In this document: piece by piece, positions 49,660 through 61,409 of the stretch
Layout: every line of letters starts with the position of its first letter
Position numbering within the stretch: the stretch's first letter is position 1
Source: Macrostomum hystrix
Taxonomy: Eukaryota; Animalia; Platyhelminthes
Direction of reading: 5' to 3'
DNA length: 64,000 bases
NCBI GenBank assembly: GCA_950097015.1
Contig: CATNEN010000014.1
Span: 1,426,001-1,490,000, forward strand
Translations under genes and position numbers: made by a program
Notes under the pieces: generated by a model
Told to the model about the DNA's origin: nothing
Seen by the model: only the letters and a program-made list of their open reading frames with translations
Databases searched by the model: none

Positions 49660-51339
49660 GAGTTCCTCACTCACTATCGGTCTCTTGGTCCCAGATGATG
49701 AGTTTTTCAGCGAGATCGTTGTTTCTCAGACCATGGCAGAACCGAGCTCTGATCAGGGACTTTGCTTCAGTGAGCGAGAGACACGCCAATCTGGTGTAGG
49801 ACACTAGTCTGTCAAAGACTGACATAGACTTATTGCTGGTCTGGGCTGCGGCTTCCTGTTCCACATATTCTTTGTCCTTCTTTGTCCGTCAGTGTACCTA
49901 TCCTTGAGCACACCGAGAGCAGTCTCAAAAGGCGTCTGGTCGCCGGTGAATGATCAGGTATGACACCAGTTGGGCCTCCCAGGAGTCGAACTTCATTTTC
50001 AACTGATAAGCCGGTGGAGGGCGGAGCTTAGTCATACCCGACAGCGACGGCGACGGCGAGGAATGAGAGGATGGGGAGGACTGGCAAGGTGCTCCTCCAG
50101 CATCCTATGAAGGTTGCCAAGGTCTGGGCGAGCATGACCTGCTTGTTAAAACAAGGGGCAGCGGCGGCAGCTTCGCCAGCATGCTCTGGGAATTTGGATT
50201 CGGTGGATGCCGACACTGCGGCGTTTCCACCGCCCGGTGGCGCCATGACCTGGTTTTCCCCGTTGTCTGACATGGTGTCGCAACGGCAGACAGCAAGAGC
50301 AACCACAGGGAGAGGCCTGTGTCAGGCAGTTGGAACAGAATGGAGTGAAAGCAGAATCAAGCTAAATCGAAGTGATGCCGAGGATTGCGGGTGTGTAGGG
50401 CGAGATGGCGAGGGAAGGTGAGTTTAATACTTGCCTGACTGGGTCAAACCACCCAAATCCTCCTACAGGGGAGAATCCTATCACGCAAATCCCTAAGCTA
50501 ACAGTCAGGCGATAGTCCCTGCAAATAATTTTACACAGCGGGACAACCTGGCACTGCGGAATAGCTCAACGCCTTGTCGACAGCTGACGGTGACCGGACT
50601 GCTTGCTCAGCGCGGTACACTCGCTCGCCACGGATCTTCGGACCGGGGCCGGACTCTTTAAGAGTCACGCAGTCGAGCCCACCTTGATGTAGCATACCCG
50701 AAACCCACGGGCTGAACTCCTCCATAGTCACGCAGTCGAGCCCACCTCGATGTACTCGTAGCATACCCGAAACCCACGGGCTGAACTCCTCCAGAGTCAC
50801 GCAGTCGAGCCCACACGATGATGCGGCAACAGCGGTGCTCACACCCATGGCACGATGATGGCCGCTGGTCTCGCAGTTGGAAGCCGACAGTGCAGAGCAG
50901 AGCCTCGGTGGGACCTCCAAAATTTATGTGACGATGAGTTCCGGCTGTGCTGGATTGGCAATGGCAAATTGACTTACCATTTATATCGTTATAACAGAGA
51001 TATAACTTTTCTACAGCACTAAGTAAAGTGCTGTAGCGGTATCTCTAAGTTTGTATTTGTAGATTTCATTTGCTCTGCTGGTGACGATATTGTATTTGTA
51101 CACGGCGAACAAGGTCGGGTTGCAACGCAGATGGGTGGCGTGACTCGTCAATGAATGGCAGTGGCAATAGTAGACGAACAGATCGTTGCAATGATGGATT
51201 TACAGATAGTGGCAGTGGTGGACTAACAAAGAGTAGCTATTGTGACTAACTCAGGAGAACAGGTGGCGAGTCTTGGCAGGCAGAGCAGCGCAGTGCGAAG
51301 CGGCAGTGGAAGAGTTCGCTCGGGCGGGGATCGGCAATA
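49660..51339 (-). mobile_element. gag: Gypsy-like LTR retrotransposon 5' fragment (LTR remnant, tRNA-Gln PBS, degraded gag)
   Basis: PBS TGGAGGTCCCACCGAG (minus strand, 50904-50919) is complementary to the tRNA-Gln 3' end and lies 7 nt after a CA at 50927; gag-like IRARFCHGLRNNDLAEKL follows. The outer LTR edge is uncertain. Confidence 0.7.
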
Positions 51340-52150
51340 AATAGGCCGGCGCAAATTTTAACAAAATGTATACTGCAGTGCGGGATTGGCTAGAAAATGA
51401 ACAGCCAGTTGACCTTTGCAGATGAGCGTGGACGATTGGCATGAGCGATTGGCTGAGAAGAAAGTAATCATCACGGGTGGCGCAAGGGACTCAATGTACG
51501 TTGACGACTACTTCCAGTAGCAATCTAAGAAGTAAACGGAATTGCAAAAATTGGGACAGCGTTACATTAATTTAAATTTCATAGCGCCTACTGCAGGAAG
51601 TGACAACGTCACGTTAAGAAAAATATGTACCTCAGTTAAGGCATTATTTGAGTAAATTATATAGTGTATTATGATATAGTATAGTATACACTATGACAAA
51701 GTTGTTTAAGATACTTCAAGCGGAGTTATAAAAATACGAGCGTAATATCTTTTCAAAATAAATAAATTTATTTATAATAAAGCTTATAAATAAATAAATA
51801 TATAAATAAGACGTACGAGTATGACTCGAACCTGGGCCACTCTCAACACAGGCAGACACCGCTGAGTTTCAGAACTTGTTAGCATTAACTGCGACATCCG
51901 CATATTAGTATGCGATTCTCAATAGAAACTTCCTCTTTAGCATCAATTTAGCATCAAGACACGAGTTATTTTGCATTGGCGCCACACGTATATATCTAAC
52001 AGCCTTAGTGGCACGTTTTTGGAAATTAGACACTTAAACGCACATTTAAACATCACTTTCACGTCTATACGACTGATCTAACGAAATCTAGAGCCAGAAG
52101 TTGTGCCATTTTACTAAAAACTATACCGTTTTTTTCTGTAGAGTTAAGTA
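51340..52150 (-). repeat. Dispersed repeat, inverted partner of 19129-19932
   Basis: Colinear reverse-complement match. Confidence 0.9.
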
Positions 52151-53010
52151 AAGTTGTATTTGTCCTAGCACTTTCACGTACGTGATAGTTCAGCTATTTG
52201 AGCATCGAATAAAAAAATCTCAAAAATCGTTGCGCAAAAAAATAATTCGACTTTAAAACTTCTACCCCCTGTTTTGTACATTTTATATGTCACATGTGAA
52301 AAGTACCTGTTAGAAATGGTCATCTACTCAAGTGCTTGGCGTCGTTGGAAAGACCATTTGACACCAAACTCAAAATAATTGGGTCCCTTTTCTATAAAAT
52401 CATAACACAACGTCTGTCTGAGAAGAGAGACCCTCGCCTCAAATTTATCTGGATTTTGAGTCGCTGCTCAGCCACCGTTCGATTTGAAGACTAAAAAGTG
52501 TACTCGATTGTGCTACCATGTGTTTGACACAAGGCTATGAAGGTCCCATGTCAGCAGCTGAGGGAGTGACTGAACGAGGGCTGAGGAATATGGACATACT
52601 ATGCTACATAAGGATATACTATGCTACATAACTTACTAGATATAATTGTTTTTCTATAATTTTAGCAACCGTGGTCAGTTTGGTGTTTTTATTCCAGCAA
52701 CGCGCTTCAGTTTCTCAAATATCAGACGTTTTGTGATTCAATAGAGTATATACTAAGCAATCGTCCGCACTTTATTTTGAAAAGCACTTTAAAAAGGAAA
52801 ATTGTGTTCGCTACTGGTACTACGCGTTCGCCGGTGGAGATGCACTGTCTATGGCACAAACGCTGCAGAATTTATGCTCTTAGCCTCGGCAGGCAGTCGT
52901 ACAAACTACTTTTGTTGCACTCGCTCTGAAGTTTCGTTTGTATGCGCAGATCAGTAACTCTGCGAACATGGAATAGTTTTTTCTGTCCCTAGACAGTGCC
53001 TGAGATATGG

Positions 53011-55037
53011 CACTAGACCTCAGATCTGACACTAGAACTCAGATCTGGCACTAGACCTCAGATCTGGCACTAGAACTCAGATCTGGCACTAGACCTCAGA
53101 TCTGACACTAGAACTCAGATCTGGCACTAGACCTCAGATCTGACACTAGAACTCAGATCTGGCACTAGAACTCAGATCTGGCACTAGACCTCAGATCTGA
53201 CACTAGAACTCAGATCTGACACTAGAACTCAGATCTGGCACTAGAACTCAGATCTGGCACTAGACCTCAGATCTGACACTAGAACTCAGATCTGGCACTA
53301 GACCTCAGATCTGACACTAGAACTCAGATCTGGCACTAGACCTCAGATCTGGCACTAGACCTCAGATCTGGCACTAGACCTCAGATCTGACACTAGACCT
53401 CAGATCTGGCACTAGAACTCAGATCTGGCACTAGACCTCAGATCTGACACTAGAACTCAGATCTGGCACTAGACCTCAGATCTGGCACTAGAACTCAGAT
53501 CTGACACTAGAACTCAGATCTGGCACTAGAACTCAGATCTGACACTAGACCTCAGATCTGACACTAGACCTCAGATCTGGCACTAGAACTCAGATCTGAC
53601 ACTAGAACTCAGATCTGACACTAGAACTCAGATCTGACACTAGAACTCAGATCTGGCACTAGAACTCAGATCTGACACTAGAACTCAGATCTGGCACTAG
53701 AACTCAGATCTGACACTAGACCTCAGATCTGACACTAGACCTCAGATCTGACACTAGAACTCAGATCTGACACTAGAACTCAGATCTGACACTAGACCTC
53801 AGATCTGACACTAGAACTCAGATCTGACACTAGACCTCAGATCTGACACTAGAACTCAGATCTGACACTAGACCTCAGATCTGACACTAGAACTCAGATC
53901 TGACACTAGAACTCAGATCTGACACTAGACCTCAGATCTGGCACTAGAACTCAGATCTGGCACTAGACCTCAGATCTGGCACTAGAACTCAGATCTGACA
54001 CTAGACCTCAGATCTGACACTAGAACTCAGATCTGACACTAGAACTCAGATCTGACACTAGACCTCAGATCTGACACTAGAACTCAGATCTGACACTAGA
54101 CCTCAGATCTGACACTAGAACTCAGATCTGACACTAGAACTCAGATCTGACACTAGAACTCAGATCTGACACTAGACCTCAGATCTGACACTAGAACTCA
54201 GATCTGACACTAGAACTCAGATCTGACACTAGAACTCAGATCTGACACTAGACCTCAGATCTGACACTAGAACTCAGATCTGACACTAGACCTCAGATCT
54301 GACACTAGAACTCAGATCTGACACTAGAACTCAGATCTGACACTAGACCTCAGATCTGACACTAGAACTCAGATCTGACACTAGAACTCAGATCTGACAC
54401 TAGAACTCAGATCTGACACTAGAACTCAGATCTGGCACTAGAACTCAGATCTGGCACTAGACCTCAGATCTGGCACTAGAACTCAGATCTGACACTAGAC
54501 CTCAGATCTGACACTAGAACTCAGATCTGACACTAGAACTCAGATCTGACACTAGACCTCAGATCTGACACTAGAACTCAGATCTGACACTAGACCTCAG
54601 ATCTGACACTAGAACTCAGATCTGACACTAGAACTCAGATCTGACACTAGAACTCAGATCTGACACTAGACCTCAGATCTGACACTAGAACTCAGATCTG
54701 ACACTAGAACTCAGATCTGACACTAGAACTCAGATCTGACACTAGACCTCAGATCTGACACTAGAACTCAGATCTGACACTAGACCTCAGATCTGACACT
54801 AGAACTCAGATCTGACACTAGAACTCAGATCTGACACTAGACCTCAGATCTGACACTAGAACTCAGATCTGACACTAGAACTCAGATCTGACACTAGAAC
54901 TCAGATCTGACACTAGAACTCAGATCTGACACTAGACCTCAGATCTGACACTAGACCTCAGATCTGGCACTAGAACTCAGATCTGGCACTAGACCTCAGA
55001 TCTGGCACTAGAACTCAGATCTGGCACTAGACCTCAG
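53011..55037. repeat. 19-bp minisatellite CACTAGAMCTCAGATCTGR (~107 copies)
   Basis: Exact 19-bp period; variation is essentially confined to two positions. Confidence 0.98.
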
Positions 55038-55194
55038 ACGGAAATTACCGTTCACTAATTACTTGTCAAGCCTGTAGTTTGTAGATTGAGGGCTTCCTGG
55101 ACACTTATGTTTTCGCATACCTGAGCAACCGAACACTTTTCCTGGAAGTCTCGGCCAAGTTCACACCGCATGACAAGTGCTGCGAGGGTCGCAA

Positions 55195-55875
55195 ACCCTA
55201 CGATAATTCATGCTTTATGCAACTCCGTGGATAAATCATGCTTCCTCCTCGATAGTTCATGCATCCCTCTTGATAATTCATGCTTTCCCCCGATAATTCA
55301 TGCGACCCTCTCAATTATTCATGCTTATCCCTCGATACTTTTGGTAACCGCTTTGATAGTTTATGACTTCCCCTCAATAATTCATGCTTCCCATAGATAA
55401 CTTCTGCTATTCAGTCGATAATTCATGCTTCCCATAGATAACTTCTGCTATTCAGTCGATAATTCATGCTTCCCATAGATAATTTCTGCTATTCAGTCGA
55501 TAATTCATGCTTCGTCATGGTCCCTCGACAAAGCATGCTACCCTCTCGACAAATCTTGCTACCCCTCGATAATTTATGCTACCCCCACTATAAATCATGC
55601 TACTCTCAACATTTGATGAAGTTCCCTCAAAAGTACTTGCTGTTCCCTCGAAAATGCATGAAACAACCTTAAGTAATCAAGCTATTCTTGATTACTAGGG
55701 GGAAGTAAATAACGCTCTGAAGCCCTGACAAACATGCAAAAATCATTTAAATTTTCAATCACAATTTTATACTTATCTTTTCTTGAGATATCTCCTTAAT
55801 AAATCGTGCTGTCTCCCGGATAATTCATGCTTCCCCTTAATAGTTCATGCTAACCCCCTTGATAATTCATACCTT
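55195..55875. repeat. Degenerate tandem repeat with core GATAATTCATGCT
   Basis: The core recurs more than 10 times with irregular spacing, including a 37-bp triplication at ~55376-55515. Confidence 0.75.
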
Positions 55876-55876
55876 A

Positions 55877-56545
55877 ATAATAATTGCAGGAGGGCTGTGG
55901 GCTATTGCACATCATCTGGTGACACTAGACCCTCAGCCAGCGGGAGGCAATTCTGCCCATTTCGCTGACTCCTGAGCACAAACGCACACAGATACTGTAC
56001 ACAGGCATACACTCACACAGGTGTGTACATCTGCCCTGACTGTCTCATCGCCAGGTAGTGTACATGCAATTAACTGTGCCTTGGAGGTTGGCCCTCAAGG
56101 GCGTAAATTGCACGACAAGCCCCCAAGCCTTCTCTCCGCGGCTGCGCCCCAAATAAATGTGGCCTCGCCGTGGAATCGAACTTAGGGACCGTGGTGCAAG
56201 AGGCAAACGCGATAACCGCTCTTCCACCGACCCCCGTTTACTTAAGTAAGTTGAGACGGTCTATTTGAGTAGGCTGAGACTCTTCATTTCAGTATTTCCC
56301 TGCAATCTTTATGAATATTAGGTTTTATTCATTCAGTGATCCCCTGAGGGGCACTGCCATTTTGTGAGCCGATGGTCACCAGGGGCTAGCGAAATGTGCG
56401 GTTCCTCCGCCTCCTCGCTGCGTCTGCCGGTCGGGCGCACCCTGCAGCTCAGTCAAGAACGGCAGGCTGCGACTAACTCTCTAGCTGACGGACAGCTGAC
56501 TAAACTATAAGTTTCAGTAAACATTTAATTTTTAATTAATTAAAA
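55877..56545 (-). mobile_element. tRNA-Val-like SINE (55877-56235) plus ~300-bp upstream flank shared with 60070-60460
   Basis: Reverse complement of the SINE at 21585-21862; the flank matches 60070-60340 in inverted orientation. Confidence 0.75.
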
Positions 56546-58016
56546 ACAGGAATCCGTATATGAAAAGACAAAAAACAGTCACGCAGCTGGAGTTCGCGTA
56601 AAAGGCTGCATTCCTTATCTCAATTTCTATTTACAAAAGAGAATGCTGCATTGAAAGGCACAGTTTTTAGAAAGATATTTTTGCATGCGTTAAGCAAAAA
56701 TCAATATAAAATTATTTTACTCGAATAGCTGGTGGAGTCTTCAACAGAAATTTAGATAGAAGTCGAAGTGAAAAAAACTTACCGAAGTCAGTTTGCGCAT
56801 TCAACAGGACTAGGCAGCCCACACATGTAAAATTCGGAATTCCTTGCCTTTAATTTCTGTTTACAAAATAATGCTGCTTTTTATGAATAGTGAAAAGTGA
56901 AAAAAAAAGAAATTTTCTTGCATACGTTAAGCAAATAATCAAGCAACCAAGCAACATAGGGATTCCTACCCAAAACAATTTTTAGGAAACTTTAAAACCT
57001 GTCTGGTACTTATGCCAGCTCTACTCAGCACTCTCTTTTCACTTCTCTCGCGTGTCGGAAAAGACAAGAAACATTTTGAGAGGAGAGTGGTGGGCGCGAA
57101 TAGGAATAATATCCCTCGCGGACGGTAGAGAAGGCAATGGATGGTCTTGAATTGGGTGGGCGAACTTTGATGGCATATTAGCACGGTGTTTTAAATTGCG
57201 CTTCACGGTAAAATCTGAATTGAAAATGCAGTCATAATTTTCGGGTAACTTTTTCCGCAAATTTCCGAAAAGTTTTGTTTCTTCAGGGCTTTCAATTTTA
57301 AGAAAGAGAACGAAATTCGCTCGTTATTTTTTAACAGTCGGCACCAGCTCAAAATATCAAATATCAAAATATAACCAGCTCACAACAAAGAGCAGTGTTG
57401 TCTATGGAGAAACTTAACTTGTGGCTACACAAAAATCAGTGCTGGAATGCTGTTGCGGCATTCCTGCACCCCATGGAACGAATGTATTTAATCATAAAGA
57501 AACATAGAACAAGAATAAAATTGCAAAGTGACGATAAATTCAAAGTAGTAACGCTCAGGTCACTTGAGTCTGCATGAAGTCAATATTGGAGCGTAGTAGA
57601 CTGCATCACATATCACTCAAATGCAAACTCCACTACGTTGCGTTCGCCGATAGCTATACGATCTTCATGCGCTTTGTTAAGGCAGTAGAAACCGTCACAG
57701 TGGATCAGTGGATGCGCCGGCGCTTGGCGCTGTTGTAATGACAGGCTGGTTACCAGTAGAAACCGCGGTGTCAAAGCAGTCTCACTGCCACCGAACTACA
57801 CGTTGTCGCTGTCAGTCAGGGCACGTGAACAACCGTTGTGAAACCGCTTACAGAGCAGTAGTTCAAGTGAATTAGTGGAGGTGCTATGGTGGAGTTAATA
57901 ATTTGTTAGGCGAGCGTATTGATAAGAAACTTCTTAACTAGATGTGCATAGCTGTGTCAACACCACAGGCGAAAGTGCGAATTTATAAATAGATTACATC
58001 ACACAGCTTTTCTCGC

Positions 58017-58061
<45 letters not shown>

Positions 58062-58194
58062 ATTTGAACACGTATAATGTGCATGGCAGACTTCAATTCA
58101 ATGATAAATTGCTAAATGCCAGCGAGACATATACTCCTTCCTTAATTACTACAACTTATATAAACCATCCAATTTTGTTTCAATTTCAATCGGT

Positions 58195-58835
58195 AAATGC
58201 GTCCAAAAGTTTTCTTAATGTGTCCAACCATTTTCTTTATGTGTCCAAAGGTTTTCTAAATGTGTCCAAAGATTTTCTAAATGTGGCCAACAGTTTTATA
58301 AACGTGTCCAACAGTTTTATAAATGTGACCAAAAGTTTTATAAATGTGACCAAAAGTCTTATAAATGTGACCAACAGTTTTATAAATGTGACCAAAAGTT
58401 TTATAAATGTGACCAACAGTTTTATAAATGTGCCCAACAGTTTTATAAATGTGACCAAAAGTTTTATAAATGTGTCCAACAGTTTTATAAATGTGACCAA
58501 CAGTTTTATAAATGTGACCAACAGTTTTATAAATGTGACCAACAGTTTTATAAATGTGTCCAACAGTTTTATAAATGTGTCCAACAGTTTTATAAATGTG
58601 ACCAACAGTTTTATAAATTTGTCCAACAGTTTTATAAATGTGTCCAACAGTTTTATAAATGTGTCCAAGAGTTTTAAAAATGTCTCCAACAGTTTTATAA
58701 ATTTGTCCAACAGTTTTATAAATGTGTCCAACAGTTTTATAAATGTGTCCAACAGTTTTGTAAATGTGTCCAACAGTTTTATAAATGTGTCCAAAAGTTT
58801 TCCTAAATGTGTCCAAAAGTTTTCCTAAATGTGTC
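58195..58835. repeat. 21-bp minisatellite ATAAATGTGTCCAACAGTTTT (~30 copies)
   Basis: Period of 21; gives spurious heptad ORFs on both strands. Confidence 0.96.
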
Positions 58836-59194
58836 TATCAGTTGCCTGCTATAGGGGTGTCATAAAATAGCTGCTAAATAGCTGTCATTAGTTATCTGCC
58901 ACTAAACGGGGTCATAGGTTACCTGCTAAATGTGTCATTAGTTCTTTGCTAAAGGAAGACGTTCGTTGCCTGCTTCGGGGCATTTATTACCTACTGAGAG
59001 ACATTCATTACCTGCTGAGGGACTTTGGTCGACATCCTTGCGTAGCAGTTTGTGTAAATCTTTCTCAATTGTTCCTGGCGTACTTATTTTTATTTTTCTT
59101 ATTTTAAATTTAAATACTTAAAACGTGTTATTGGAAAATTACCTTTCTGGTAAAAGAGGACATTCTTCTCTGCTGAAGGGGATCATCGGCCACC

Positions 59195-59425
59195 TGCTTA
59201 AGGCATTGGTTACCTGCTTAACGCTTTAGTAACCTGCTTAAGGCTTTGATTACCTGCTTAAGGCATTGGTTACCTGCTTAACGCTTTGGTAACCTGCTTA
59301 AGGCTTTGATTACCTGCTTAAGGCATTGGTTACCTGCTTAACGCTTTGGTAACCTGCTTAAGGCTTTGTTTACCCGCTTAAGGCATTGGTAACCTGCTTA
59401 AAGCATTGGTTACCTGGTTAAGGCA
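59195..59425. repeat. 20-bp minisatellite AGGCATTGGTTACCTGCTTA with a 3-unit (60-bp) higher-order period
   Basis: The 60-bp blocks starting at 59221, 59281 and 59341 are nearly identical. Confidence 0.92.
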
Positions 59426-59800
59426 TTCGTTCTCTGCTAAAGGGAGACATTGATTGAATCCTGCGAAGGGATATTGGTTGACTGCTGGGAGATATTTGTT
59501 GCCTGCTGGGCCGAGTAAAATCGTTTCTCTGCTATATGGGGGCAATGGTTTCCTGTAAAAAAGGGACAAAAAATTTGTGCTGCCGGTTTCGTAGCCTGGT
59601 ATTATGGTGGTTCTCTTCTGTTTGGAGGTAATTGGTTACTTGCTGCTGGGGGAACAATGGGGAATCGATGTCAACTGGGGGATCATTGTCAACTGGGGGA
59701 TCATTGTAGCTTAAAAAAGCTGAAAATTCAGCTGCTAAAAAATAAATACTAGACGAATTAAAGATATTCTTGCTCCCCGAAAGGGGGCCAAACTTGCTAG

Positions 59801-60035
59801 TCTAATATACTAAAAATAAAATCTTGCTTGGTCGCTTGTAACTGATTTTCTCCCGAACGGCTCAACCGATTTTCAACATTTCTTCACCAAAAGATGCCAA
59901 ATATGGGGACATAGGGGATTGTTTTCTGCTGCTGAGGGAATTCGTTCTTTGGTTTTGGACAGACATTTGTTATTTACTGCCGGGGGGACATTGGTTATTT
60001 GCAACTGAGGGGACTTTAGTTCTCTGCTACTGCTG
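59801..60035 (+). mobile_element. 5' portion of another Helitron copy, fused head-to-tail to the previous one
   Basis: TCTAATATACTAAAAATAAAATCTTGCTTGG...CTCCCGAACGGCTCAACCGATTTTCA...AAATATGGGGACA matches 38152-38259. Confidence 0.82.
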
Positions 60036-60069
60036 TCTATTCGAATATGGATATCCTGTCTTTACTTAA

Positions 60070-60460
60070 TTTGAAATTAAATGTTTACTAAAACCTATAT
60101 TTTAGTCAGTTGTGATTCAGCTAGAGAGTTAGTCGCAGCCTGACGTACTGACTGAGCTGCTGGGTGCGCCCGACCGGCAGACGCAGCGAGGAGGCGGAGG
60201 AACCGCACATTTCGCTAGCCCCTGGCGACCAACGGCTCGCAAACAAGGCAGCGCACCTCAGGCGATCCCTGAATGAATAAAACCTAATATTCATAAAGAC
60301 TACAGGGAAATACTCAAATGAAGAGTCTCAGTCTCAAATAAACGGGGGTCGGTGGAAGAGCGGTTATCGCGTTTGCCTCTCGCACCATAGTCCCTAAGTT
60401 CGATTCCACGGCGAGGCCACATTTATTTGGGGCGCAGTCGTGGAGAGAAGGCTTGGGGCT
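60070..60460 (+). mobile_element. Repeat with tRNA-Val-like SINE head (60343-60450), inverted partner of 56110-56545
   Basis: GGGGTCGGTGGAAGAGCGGTTATCGCGTTTGCCTCTCGCACCATAGTCCCTAAGTTCGATTCC. Confidence 0.75.
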
Positions 60461-61409
60461 TTGACAGTTATATATATTATTTCACAATTACATGTTGTCA
60501 AACATTGTCTTGACTTTGATATTTTCATCTAGCTCCGAATAGAAGTACGTTTATTATTTTGCAGAAGGACCCTTAATTATTATTCTGGTAAAGTTTCAGC
60601 ATCAGGTTTTTAATGTTTTTTTCTTCTACTCTTCTATCATCAACAGTTGAAAATTTAAATTGTTAATTTGATTTATTTGGCTTTTTGGTTTCGGGTATAA
60701 ATTGTGAGCACTTTCGATTAGTTACTGTCGAAGCGTATATTTGCTTGCTTTTTATCGCTCTTCTGCCAATTAAAAAAAACTTTGAGTGCAGCAGCAAGTG
60801 ATATTCGATACAAAACTGAGAAAATAATTTTCGAGCATATAGCTGCCATATGTAATTATATTCAGAATATATTTTAACATTTTTTCGTGCAACGCGCCTT
60901 ATAGCGTTTTTGTTTCAAAACTTCGTAAAGACTGATCAATCATGTCGAGCTGTTAGCGTTTTATACGAGCTATTTTCAAAACGAAAGAAAAGTGAATTCC
61001 TGAAATTCTTGTTATATTCAAAACTAGGAGTACTTCAAAACTAGCTATTCATAGCAGGCATTATTCTTTTTTTAAATTAGGTGTTTTTAGCAGGGAAGCA
61101 ATCATTTTGAAAGCATAATAATTCAAAGGAAAACATGAAATAAAATATAATAGCGCAAGATATCAACGGATGGCGTACATGAGATAACAAGAAAATTCTT
61201 GTTACCAAACAAATAGCACAGTAAATAACGATAGAAGAAAAGGACACAGATGGATTAAAGAGCTGGTTGAACTGAGAAATTAAAAGACCGGAAAAGAAGT
61301 GCGATAAATGGAGGATGAAATCCGACAGGCTCTGGGGGCGTCATAACAGATAAAAGTGCAAAAGTCGAAGCATTTAGTGGATTTTAGTAATTTTTGTTGT
61401 ACGTCTAGA

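Larger units (their letters stand above)
57982..59800 (+). mobile_element. Non-autonomous Helitron-family copy with (GT)n, 21-bp and 20-bp arrays; 5' end uncertain
   Basis: The 3' terminus CAGCTGCTAAAAAATAAATACTAGACGAATTAAAGATATTCTTGCTCCCCGAAAGGGGGCCAAACTTGCTAG and the preceding 18-mer units match the other copies. The 5' end is guessed from TTTATAAATAG followed by a GT microsatellite. Confidence 0.7.

Noticed and set aside
49345-49674. Phe/Leu/Ser-rich ORF resembling a membrane protein
   Set aside because: Antisense reading of an AG low-complexity tract.
58025-58828. NSFINVT / DTFIKLL heptad ORFs resembling coiled-coil or antifreeze proteins
   Set aside because: A 21-bp minisatellite open on both strands, with no unique flanking coding sequence.
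60343-60418. Functional tRNA gene
   Set aside because: The acceptor and anticodon stems do not pair cleanly, and it is followed by a shared SINE body in several diverged copies.
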